This document shows positions 1 through 7,707 of a DNA stretch of 24,000 nt, piece after piece (the stretch's first letter is position 1; each line of letters begins with the position of its first letter). Both the position numbers and the translations under genes were made by a program. The notes under the pieces are model-generated. The model saw nothing but the letters and a program-made list of their open reading frames with translations. It was not told the DNA's origin and ran no database searches. This DNA comes from Rickettsiales bacterium (GTDB lineage: Bacteria > Pseudomonadota > Alphaproteobacteria > G027485855). The stretch covers positions 245,575 through 269,574 of the forward strand of contig JAIXQD010000001.1 of the NCBI GenBank assembly GCA_027485855.1, given 5' to 3'.

Positions 1-213
1 GGCGTATTGTTTCTGCATAGGTATATTCATCCGTCTTATCTATATTACAATATAAACTGATTTGACTTTATCGTCTATGTTGCCTTATGTCATTTTTCTG
101 TCTAAATTGTATGAAGTAACTGTTGTAGGTTACTATTATTTATAGGCGCGATGGCAGAATGGTCCCGCCTGAGCGACAATGTTAGAATTATTTTGTTGGT
201 TACTATTATTTAT
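1..213. other. AT-rich non-coding flank upstream of tRNA-Cys; possible edge of foreign or accessory DNA lying left of the window
   Basis: No ORF of at least 60 aa on either strand in the track. I counted 37 G+C in the first 120 nt (about 31%), against 43-58% in two coding lines I spot-counted. Contains small inverted repeats (tatatt-ac-aatata at 41-54; gtaac...gttac at 116-133). Confidence 0.5.
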
Positions 214-232
214 GGCGCGATGGCAGAATGGT
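123..232 (+). repeat. Direct repeat: 41-nt copy (123-163) of the tRNA-Cys 5' end (first 19 nt, 145-163) plus about 21 nt of its upstream flank; native copy at 193-232; the copies are separated by 29 nt
   Basis: ttgtaggttactattatttaTAggcgcgatggcagaatggt versus ttgttggttactattatttaT-ggcgcgatggcagaatggt. This is one substitution plus one 1-nt indel. Sequence diverges completely after ...aatggt. Confidence 0.85.
182..209 (+). promoter_or_regulatory. Candidate sigma70-type promoter for tRNA-Cys (-35 ttagaa 182-187, 16-nt spacer, -10 tattat 204-209)
   Basis: Hexamers resemble TTGACA/TATAAT and sit 4 nt upstream of the mature tRNA 5' end. Pattern match only. Confidence 0.3.
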
Positions 233-287
233 GATGCAGAGGACTGCAAATCCTCGAATGCCGGTTCGATTCCGGCTCGTGCCTCCA
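214..287 (+). tRNA. tRNA-Cys (anticodon GCA), CCA encoded
   Basis: A 74-nt cloverleaf folded by eye. Acceptor GGCGCGA/TCGTGCC has one G-U pair. The D stem is 3 bp with a 13:22 mismatch. The anticodon stem GAGGA/TCCTC carries loop CTGCAAA. The T arm is GCCGG-TTCGATT-CCGGC. The discriminator is U73, a CysRS identity element, followed by a terminal CCA. Confidence 0.92.
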
Positions 288-1130
288 CTAACCCCCACTT
301 GCGACAGCCAGCATTAAAAACTGCTGCGGCGTTACCGTCTCGGCGCGCTGTGTTGGGTTTATGCCGTGGCTGTGTAATTGCTCTTCGGTAAAAAAATCCG
401 CAAGCGAGCTACGTAGCATTTTGCGCCTTTGGCCAAAAGCGGCAGCGGTAATTTTTTCTAGCTTGCTGATAATCAATGCATCGGGCCGCTGCGCTTTGGG
501 CTGAAATAACACCACAGCAGAATTTACCTTGGGTGGCGGCGTAAAAGCGCCGCTCGGCAAGCGCAGCACAATTTTTGCATCAGTCAGTAGCTGCGCCAAA
601 ACTGAAAGCCTGCCATAGGCTTTGCTGTTGGGTTCGGCCACAAGGCGCTCGGCCATTTCTGCTTGAAACATCAGCGCTAAATAATGCCAATTTTCGCATT
701 GTTTAAGCCAGCCCAACAGCAAGGGCGTAGCGATATGATAAGGCAAATTGGCCACAACAGCGCGTGGGGCCGGCAATTGCAGCAAAAAATTCTCGGCCAG
801 CGCATCGCCCTCTAACACCGTAAGGCGCCCTTCGGCTGCTTGTAAAAGCGGCTGTAAAGCTTCTATGCAGCGCTTATCAAACTCGATAGCTAAAATTTGC
901 TGTGCGCCTTCCAGCAAAAGTGCGCGAGTAAGGCCGCCGGGCCCCGGGCCCACCTCTAATATATTGAGCTTGCTTAAATCAGGGATTTGGCGGGCAATTT
1001 TACGGGTTAAGTTAATATCGAGCAAAAAATTTTGCCCAAATGATTTTTGTGCTGAAAGCTTAAGTGCGGCAATCACCTGACGCAGCGGCGGCAATGCCGC
1101 AACCGCAGGCGCACAATCAGGATTTAACAT
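288..1130 (-). CDS. rsmA: 16S rRNA (adenine1518/1519-N6)-dimethyltransferase RsmA/KsgA
   Basis: 280-aa ORF with SFGQNFLLD, the SAM-binding motif EVGPGPGGLT and the NLPYHI motif. Lies directly downstream of surA, as in the E. coli lptD-surA-pdxA-rsmA operon. Confidence 0.9.
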   Translation of the reverse strand: MLNPDCAPAVAALPPLRQVIAALKLSAQKSFGQNFLLDINLTRKIARQIPDLSKLNILEVGPGPGGLTRALLLEGAQQILAIEFDKRCIEALQPLLQAAEGRLTVLEGDALAENFLLQLPAPRAVVANLPYHIATPLLLGWLKQCENWHYLALMFQAEMAERLVAEPNSKAYGRLSVLAQLLTDAKIVLRLPSGAFTPPPKVNSAVVLFQPKAQRPDALIISKLEKITAAAFGQRRKMLRSSLADFFTEEQLHSHGINPTQRAETVTPQQFLMLAVASGG

Positions 1131-2355
1131 CTATGTGCGCACGGCGGCGCAAATCGCGCAGCAGGCGACGCGCCGAAAGTTCGAGCCGTTCCATGCCAAT
1201 ATTATTGGTCATTTCCTCGCGCGAGGGCAGGCCGTCAAGCTGGTCGTCTCTGGCGCAGAGCATTACTAGAACGGCGACATCATTCACCAGATATACCGTG
1301 CTCGCCTCACCTACCGATAAGGGCGTAACGGCCTTAGCCAACCAGCTGGGCAGCTCGGCTAAGGTTTTTTCACCTAAATCATCGAACTGCCAATTGGGCA
1401 AAGTTTTGCCCGCATCGCGCACAGCAGCACAGCTTTGGCCAGTGCCCACCAGTTTTTTAGCTTCATCGCCCACAGCGGCTTGCGTCTCCGGCGTCACGGC
1501 TTGCGCAATTTGCAGCAAGGTTACTTTTGATGCGGCAGGGTTAGGTGTGGCAGTCACCCGTTGATCACGGAAAGCTAAAATACTATAGCCACCCGCTAAA
1601 CGCAGCGGCCCCACAATTTGCCCTGGTGTTAAACCGGCTAAAGCTTGCGCCTGCTCTGGCTCTAGCTGGCCAGGTTGTAACCAGCCCAAATCGCCGCCAG
1701 CCGCCGCACTGGCCGATTGCGAAAATTGCTGCGCTAAGCGCTGAAAAGGCGCGCCACTGCGTAATTGCTCAACCAACCCTTCGGCGAAGGCTTTAATTTG
1801 TGCTTCGTCAGCATTGCCATCGACCGTTAAAAAAATCTCACCCAAAAGATATTCGGGCTTGCCAGCATTGGCTTTAAGCTGGTTGATGCGTTGCGTGACT
1901 TCTTCTTCGCCCACTTCAACCAGCGGGCGCAGGCGTCGTGCCACCATTTTGCCCCAAGCTAAATTAGCCCGCACTTGTGCCGTTAAAGTATCGGGGTTCA
2001 CGCCATTGGACAGTAAAAAGGCATCAACATCGCCGCCAGCAATTTGGTTGCCTTCAGCAATTTTACGCTTGGCCTCAGCAATCTCGGCATCGTCAACGCT
2101 GATATTGTTGCGTGTGGCTTCTTGCAGCTGTAATTTTTCGTCAATCAGACCACGCACCACTTGTGGTAAAAGCCGTGCCTGACTTTCAGCCGAAGGCGGC
2201 AAGCCCGCCGTAAGCATGGCCATAGCTAAACGATTATCAACATCACTGCTGGTGATGATATCGTCATTGACCACAGCGGCAATTTGCGCGCTTTGTGCCA
2301 AAGCAGACAAAGGCAGCAGCAGAAAAAAGAGAATCAGCAAAATACGCATGGGCAT
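1117..2355 (-). CDS. surA: Periplasmic chaperone/peptidyl-prolyl isomerase SurA-like
   Basis: 412-aa ORF with an N-terminal signal peptide (MPMRILLILFFLLLPLSALA|QS). It has a SurA-type N-terminal region and a parvulin-like segment. Sits between lptG and rsmA and overlaps the rsmA start by 14 nt. Confidence 0.75.
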   Translation of the reverse strand: MPMRILLILFFLLLPLSALAQSAQIAAVVNDDIITSSDVDNRLAMAMLTAGLPPSAESQARLLPQVVRGLIDEKLQLQEATRNNISVDDAEIAEAKRKIAEGNQIAGGDVDAFLLSNGVNPDTLTAQVRANLAWGKMVARRLRPLVEVGEEEVTQRINQLKANAGKPEYLLGEIFLTVDGNADEAQIKAFAEGLVEQLRSGAPFQRLAQQFSQSASAAAGGDLGWLQPGQLEPEQAQALAGLTPGQIVGPLRLAGGYSILAFRDQRVTATPNPAASKVTLLQIAQAVTPETQAAVGDEAKKLVGTGQSCAAVRDAGKTLPNWQFDDLGEKTLAELPSWLAKAVTPLSVGEASTVYLVNDVAVLVMLCARDDQLDGLPSREEMTNNIGMERLELSARRLLRDLRRRAHIDVKS

Positions 2356-2367
2356 GGTTATAGCCTG

Positions 2368-3480
2368 TCAGCCCTCTTCGCGAAAGAGTAAGGCTGCATA
2401 AGCGGCCGATAAAGCAATGAGCGGTGCAGCCCACCCCCCTAAAATGGCCGGCAAAGCCTGTGACGCCCCTAAAGCCTGCACCACATCATTAAAGGCAAAG
2501 GCCAAAGCGCCAAGACCAATCCCCAAGGCCGCGCCCAATAATGCGCCGCTTTTGCGGGTATTTTGGCGGGCAAAGCAAGCGGCCAGCACCAGCATGGCCA
2601 AGAGCAAAAAGGGTTGCGCCAAAACCGCATGAAACTGCACCAAATAGGGCGTGGCCGAAAAGCCGCTGGCTTCAACCGCTGCAATAAAAGCCGGTAAATC
2701 CCAAAAGGGGATGGCTTTGGGGTTGGTCAGGCTTTCTTGAATTTTTGGCAAGGTTAAGGTTGTGGCCAGCACATAAAAAGGCACAGTCTCGCTTGGCAGA
2801 TGCGGGCGATGCACAAAGGCCTCTTCAATCAGCCAGTGGTCATCGCTGAGCGTGGCTTTGGCGCCATCAATACGCTCTAAGTAACGGCCTTCCGCATCAT
2901 GCACCAACACCATAACCGGACTAATGGTTAAAGGATTACCACTGACGGTGCTGGCATGAATGAGCGCTTGCCGCCCCTCATCCATTTGCCTCAGCCACAA
3001 ACCTGTGTTGGACAAATCAAAAATATCTTTGCGGTCAAAATATTTTGTCTCTAGCGCTTTATAGGCGCCAATACCGCTTGCCGCGATAGGCGTAAAAACC
3101 AATAAATTAAACAGCGCAAAGCTAATGGTCAGCCATAAAGCTGGCCGAATAAATTGCCAAACCGATATGCCAGCGGCGCGCAATACCACCAATTCAGAAT
3201 TACGCGTTAAGCGCCAAAAGCTATAAAGCCCCGCAAACAAAACCACAAAAGGCAAAAGCTGCTGCAAGGTATCGGGCAATTTATAAAGCCCCATGCGCAG
3301 TAAAATGGGTAATGTGGCATCGGGCCTTGCCGCGGCTCTGCGCATAAGTTCAGACATTTCTAACATAAAAGCCAGCAGCGATAAGGCCAGCAGCATTAAA
3401 CCAAGCCACACGGCAAATTGCCGTGCTAAATAGCGGCCCATAATGTCGAAGGGTGAGAGGCGCGAGATGCTGTTCATCAT
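2368..3480 (-). CDS. lptG: LPS export ABC permease LptG (YjgP/YjgQ family)
   Basis: Multi-pass membrane protein with the periplasmic beta-jellyroll-like middle region typical of LptF/G. I place the start at ATG 3480-3478, which forms an ATGA overlap with the lptF stop (3479-3477). The longer ORF to 3552 would overlap lptF by 76 nt. Confidence 0.8.
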   Translation of the reverse strand: MMNSISRLSPFDIMGRYLARQFAVWLGLMLLALSLLAFMLEMSELMRRAAARPDATLPILLRMGLYKLPDTLQQLLPFVVLFAGLYSFWRLTRNSELVVLRAAGISVWQFIRPALWLTISFALFNLLVFTPIAASGIGAYKALETKYFDRKDIFDLSNTGLWLRQMDEGRQALIHASTVSGNPLTISPVMVLVHDAEGRYLERIDGAKATLSDDHWLIEEAFVHRPHLPSETVPFYVLATTLTLPKIQESLTNPKAIPFWDLPAFIAAVEASGFSATPYLVQFHAVLAQPFLLLAMLVLAACFARQNTRKSGALLGAALGIGLGALAFAFNDVVQALGASQALPAILGGWAAPLIALSAAYAALLFREEG

Positions 3481-4562
3481 CGCCGCCGCAAACGCCACAG
3501 CCCATAAAAAGCCGGCGACAACACCACAAAAGCCAGCAGCGCAATAAACCATAAATTGCGGCTAATCATGCTACCCAAACTCATGGCCGCACTTTGCCAA
3601 CCTATCACAATGATAGTGACAATAATTAAACGCGATAACATGCCTCGCCGGTTAAAGGGCGTTTGCACAATTATCGCCACAGCCAACAAAGCAAAACTTA
3701 AAGCCAGCAAAGGCAGGGCCGCTCTGCTGGCAATTTCGCCATAGAAGCGGTTTTGAATATTGGGCATTTGTAAATCGAAGGCGGTGGGATGCAAAAGGTG
3801 GCTGATGCTGCGCTCTCGCGGCTCAGACCAGCGCGTATCAAGGGCACTGTCAAACATGGCTAAATCGACGGTGTAGCGCTCAAACTCTAATTGCGCTAAG
3901 CGGCCATTGGCTCGGTTAAACTCTTGCCGACGGCCGTCATATACAACCACGCGCGCCGTATTATTGGGGCCGCCACTCACCACCTCGCCCTGCTCGGCCA
4001 TAATGGTGATGGGGGTTTCGGGCTTGCGCTCGTCATGCACGATAATGCCCAAAAGCCGGCCATTTGCTGCCCGATCTTTAATGTAAACCATAAGACCATC
4101 ACGCAGGCGGTTAAATTGCCCATCGCGCAACAGTAGCGCTGAGGCATCTTCTCTGATGGTATATTCAAGCCGCACCAATTCACGATTGGCCCAAGGTGCC
4201 ACAACAAAAGTTATCAATAAGCCAAGGGCGGCCGCGCCAAAGCCCAGCCTTATAGCGGGGTTTGCCAATTGCCACGGGCTTAAACCAGCCGCACGCATTA
4301 CCACTAATTCGCTATCATAAGTGAGCCGGTGATAGATAAACATAACGCCAATCACAACTGCGGCTGGCAAAATCATGTAAAGGAATGTTGGCAAAATCAG
4401 TAGCATCAGCCGCAAAAACAACAAAAGATGCGCGCCATGATCAACCACCAGATTCATCAGCCGTAACGATTGCGTCAGCCAGATAACGCAAGCCACAGCC
4501 AGCAAAGCAAAGCCGGTGGCTATCAGTAATTGTCGCAACATATAGTTTTGTAGCTGAAACAT
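3477..4562 (-). CDS. lptF: LPS export ABC permease LptF (YjgP/YjgQ family)
   Basis: 361-aa ORF paralogous in architecture to the downstream lptG. Divergent from pepA, an arrangement I recall as typical of alphaproteobacteria. Confidence 0.8.
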   Translation of the reverse strand: MFQLQNYMLRQLLIATGFALLAVACVIWLTQSLRLMNLVVDHGAHLLLFLRLMLLILPTFLYMILPAAVVIGVMFIYHRLTYDSELVVMRAAGLSPWQLANPAIRLGFGAAALGLLITFVVAPWANRELVRLEYTIREDASALLLRDGQFNRLRDGLMVYIKDRAANGRLLGIIVHDERKPETPITIMAEQGEVVSGGPNNTARVVVYDGRRQEFNRANGRLAQLEFERYTVDLAMFDSALDTRWSEPRERSISHLLHPTAFDLQMPNIQNRFYGEIASRAALPLLALSFALLAVAIIVQTPFNRRGMLSRLIIVTIIVIGWQSAAMSLGSMISRNLWFIALLAFVVLSPAFYGLWRLRRR

Positions 4563-4682
4563 CGGCGGTGATAATGCGGCTTTACAGGGCTGCGGTTCAA
4601 GCTAAACTTACGGCTGTTAACCTATTTTCTGTTTATTTTCTCTGCTGCACCCCCCTGCCCCTTATGTAAAGGATATCACGCC

Positions 4683-6188
4683 ATGAAAATCAGCTTTACT
4701 ACACCTGCTTTGCCAAATAGTGGTGCTTTGATATTGTTACTGCCCGAAGGCGGCAAGCCCAGTGCCGCACTTAAACAAATCGATAAAAAGACCGGCGGCA
4801 GAATCAGTAAGGCCATGAAGGCCAATGAGTTTAAGGGTAAAAGCGGCGAAACTTTAGTGCTGCTCAGCCCCTCTGGCACCAGCCTTAATCGGGTGGTGTT
4901 ATTTGGCGTGGGCGATGTGAGTAAAATCAATCATCTGACATTACAAAATTTGGGTGGCCAGCTTTATGCCAGCAAAAATAAAGACAGCCTCACCGAAGCC
5001 AGTGTGCTGATTGAAGCCCTAGGCACGCATGAAGCAGCTTGTGTGGCCGCCGACATTGCCTATGGCGCCTTGCTGCGCAGCTATCAGTTTAACAAATATC
5101 ATACCAAGCGCGGCGATGCTAACAGAGCTAATCTTAAAAAGCTTAATCTGCATTTGGCCGATCATCTGGGCGCTAAAAAGCTGTTTGCCACACATGCAGC
5201 CGTGGCTGAAGGCGTATTTCTCACCCGCGATTTAGTGACAGAGCCGGGCAATATCATTTACCCCGCCACACTCATGCAAAAATGCCTTGAGTTAAAAGCG
5301 CTGGGCGTAAAGGTTGAAGTGCTCGACCACGACGCTATGGCTAAACTGAATATGGGCGCATTATTGGGCGTGGCGCAAGGCAGTGTGCATTTGCCTTATC
5401 TGGTGGTTATGCATTGGGAAGGCGATAAACAAGCGAGCAACAAAAAATCTGCGCCTATTGCTTTGGTGGGTAAAGGCGTCACTTTCGATAGTGGCGGCAT
5501 TTCAATTAAACCTGCGGGCGGCATGGGCGATATGAAATGGGATATGGCAGGCGCGGGCGCCGTCATTGGCACGATGCACAGCCTTGCTGCCCGCAAAGCC
5601 AAAGCGCATGTGGTGGGTTTGGTGGGCTTGGTTGAAAACATGCCCTCGGGCACAGCACAAAGACCGGGCGATGTTGTCACCAGCGCTTCTGGCCAAACGA
5701 TTGAAGTGCTTAATACCGATGCTGAGGGTCGCCTCGTTTTAGCCGATGTGTTGTGGTACGCCAAAGAGCATATCAAGCCCAAGCTCATTGTCGATTTAGC
5801 CACATTAACTGGCGCCATTATTGTGGCGTTGGGCCATGAGCAAGCGGGCTTATTTGCCAATAACGAAGAGCTGGCCACGCAATTGCAAGCCGCGGGCAAA
5901 GCCACCGGTGAGCGCCTTTGGCCCATGCCTTTAGGCGAGGAGTATAACAAGCAAATTAATAGCGATATTGCGGATATGAAAAATATCGGCCCCGAGCGCT
6001 CGGCGGGCAGCACCATGGGCGCCGTTTTTCTAGAGCGCTTTGTTGGTAAATTGCCTTGGGCGCATCTTGATATTGCTGGTGTAGCCTGGCATTACCGCGA
6101 TACGCATTTAGGCGCAAAGGGTGCCAGCGCTTTTGGTGTGCGTTTGCTCAATGAGTTTATCGCGCAGCACGAGGCCCAAAATACTTAA
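4683..6188 (+). CDS. pepA: Leucyl aminopeptidase, M17 family
   Basis: 501-aa ORF with the M17 signature NTDAEGRL and VGKGVTFDSGG. The pepA-holC adjacency matches E. coli. Confidence 0.92.
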   Translation: MKISFTTPALPNSGALILLLPEGGKPSAALKQIDKKTGGRISKAMKANEFKGKSGETLVLLSPSGTSLNRVVLFGVGDVSKINHLTLQNLGGQLYASKNKDSLTEASVLIEALGTHEAACVAADIAYGALLRSYQFNKYHTKRGDANRANLKKLNLHLADHLGAKKLFATHAAVAEGVFLTRDLVTEPGNIIYPATLMQKCLELKALGVKVEVLDHDAMAKLNMGALLGVAQGSVHLPYLVVMHWEGDKQASNKKSAPIALVGKGVTFDSGGISIKPAGGMGDMKWDMAGAGAVIGTMHSLAARKAKAHVVGLVGLVENMPSGTAQRPGDVVTSASGQTIEVLNTDAEGRLVLADVLWYAKEHIKPKLIVDLATLTGAIIVALGHEQAGLFANNEELATQLQAAGKATGERLWPMPLGEEYNKQINSDIADMKNIGPERSAGSTMGAVFLERFVGKLPWAHLDIAGVAWHYRDTHLGAKGASAFGVRLLNEFIAQHEAQNT

Positions 6189-6218
6189 GCCAAACACTTA
6201 GCCAAATACCTAAGCCAA
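6181..6218 (+). repeat. 3 x 12-13 nt tandem repeat (atacttaagccaa / acacttagccaa / atacctaagccaa); the first unit contains the pepA stop codon
   Basis: Read directly from the sequence. Units 1 and 3 differ at one position. The repeat fills nearly the whole pepA-holC spacer. Confidence 0.8.
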
Positions 6219-6225
6219 CAGAACG

Positions 6226-6675
6226 ATGACCGATATTCGTTTTTACCACTTAACGCGCAGCGCCCTTGAACAGGCGCTGCCGCCTTTGTTAGAAAAAATT
6301 TATAATACCGGTCGGCGCGCTTTATTGTGGGTTGGCAGCAGTGAGCGCGCCGATAGTCTTAATCAGCATCTGTGGACCTATCGTGACGATAGTTTTTTGC
6401 CGCACGCCCTTGCCAGCGAGAAAGACGCCGCAGCAAACCCGGTACTGATTACACTCGATGGGCAAAATAAAAATAACGCCGATGTCTTGCTGTTAACCGA
6501 TGGTGTGTGGGAAGAAAAAATAACCGACTACCAGCTTGTTTGCGTGCTCTTCGATGGCACAGATGAGCAAATGGTCAAAAGCGCGCGTGACTATTGGAAA
6601 ATATGGCAAGGGCTTGGCCACAGCCTCACTTACTGGCAACAAAGCGAGCGCGGCTGGGAGCAAAAAGGCCAATAA
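6226..6675 (+). CDS. holC: DNA polymerase III chi subunit
   Basis: 149-aa ORF starting MTDIRFYHL...; size and N-terminal pattern are typical of HolC. Located immediately after pepA. Confidence 0.8.
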   Translation: MTDIRFYHLTRSALEQALPPLLEKIYNTGRRALLWVGSSERADSLNQHLWTYRDDSFLPHALASEKDAAANPVLITLDGQNKNNADVLLLTDGVWEEKITDYQLVCVLFDGTDEQMVKSARDYWKIWQGLGHSLTYWQQSERGWEQKGQ

Positions 6676-6706
6676 AGAAATTAGAAAAAAATTAGCCTTG
6701 TGCGCG

Positions 6707-7705
6707 TTAGGGCGCGGGTGTTGTGGGTGGCGCAGCAGGCGCTGGCTTAGCATCGCGAATGGCGCGCCATTTGACGACATTGTCATTATGCTCTTCTAAG
6801 GTCTTGGCAAAAGCATGACCCCCAGTGCCATCGGCAACAAAATAAAAATACTCATGCACTTCAGGGTTTAGCACAGCTTCAATCGCCGCCCGCCCCGAAT
6901 TAGCAATCGGCCCTGGTGGCAAGCCTTGATTGCGATACGTATTATAGGGGCTGTCAATTTCAAGATCTGGCCGATAAAGCGGACGATTAAGCTCGCCTGT
7001 GCCGCCCGTGACGGCATAGAGCACCGTGGGGTCGGCTTGGAGCGGCATTTTTATGCGCAGCCGATTAATAAACACGCCCGCTACCCGCGCCCGCTCGGCA
7101 CTGATGCCGGTTTCTTTTTCAACAATCGAGGCTAAAACCAAAGCCTCTTCAAGATTGGCTATGGGCAAATCAGCCACGCGTTTTGGCCAAAGCTCGGCCA
7201 CTAAATCGGCTTTAGCTTTTTGCATACGTTGCAGTAATTCGCGGCGGTCATCGCCATAGCTAAAATTATAGGTTTCAGGCATGAGGCTGCCTTCTGCCGG
7301 TATCTCGCTTATCTCGCCACTTAGCGCCGGATTATTATTGAGCAGGTTCAGAATTTGCACCACCGTCAGCCCCTCGGGCACGGTGAGCTGGCGGGTAATA
7401 GTGCGCCCTTCAGCCAGCAATTTTATCACCATGGTCAATGGCAGCTCGGCCACAAACTCATACTCGCCTGCTTTGGGGTTTATCGCCTGCACCCTTGCTA
7501 AAATACGAAACAGCAAAGATGAGCTAATAACGCCTTGCTCTTGCAGCTCCCGCGCAATGCTCGACACCGAGCTGCCCTTGGCCACAATAATACTTTTAGC
7601 CGCAGGCAATGGCCCTGGCTGCGCCACCAACCACATAAAGCCGCCAGCACCCAGCATGATGATAATGAGTAGCCCGCTAATAAAAGTAACAAGGCCCTTA
7701 AGCAT
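6707..7705 (-). CDS. mltG: Endolytic murein transglycosylase MltG (YceG-like)
   Basis: 332-aa ORF with a single N-terminal TM helix followed by a YceG-like domain. Starts 3 nt after the fabF stop, matching the conserved fab cluster-mltG synteny. Has a Pro/Ala-rich C-terminal tail. Confidence 0.85.
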   Translation of the reverse strand: MLKGLVTFISGLLIIIMLGAGGFMWLVAQPGPLPAAKSIIVAKGSSVSSIARELQEQGVISSSLLFRILARVQAINPKAGEYEFVAELPLTMVIKLLAEGRTITRQLTVPEGLTVVQILNLLNNNPALSGEISEIPAEGSLMPETYNFSYGDDRRELLQRMQKAKADLVAELWPKRVADLPIANLEEALVLASIVEKETGISAERARVAGVFINRLRIKMPLQADPTVLYAVTGGTGELNRPLYRPDLEIDSPYNTYRNQGLPPGPIANSGRAAIEAVLNPEVHEYFYFVADGTGGHAFAKTLEEHNDNVVKWRAIRDAKPAPAAPPTTPAP

Positions 7706-7707
7706 GC

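Noticed and set aside
179-391. 70-aa ORF on the plus strand
   Set aside because: It runs straight through the tRNA-Cys gene and then antisense to the rsmA 3' end. It has no Shine-Dalgarno sequence and no recognisable motif. It is an artefact of ORF calling.
1064-1564. 166-aa antisense ORF over the rsmA/surA junction
   Set aside because: It is an Arg/Ser/Ala-rich shadow ORF opposite well-supported genes, as expected in moderately GC-rich coding DNA.
3481-3552. N-terminal extension of the lptG ORF overlapping lptF by 76 nt
   Set aside because: The internal ATG at 3480 gives a classic ATGA stop/start overlap with lptF. The extension is a hydrophobic read-through of the lptF 3' end in another frame.
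5396-6016. 206-aa antisense ORF inside pepA
   Set aside because: It is a shadow ORF opposite the conserved M17 catalytic domain, with no motifs.
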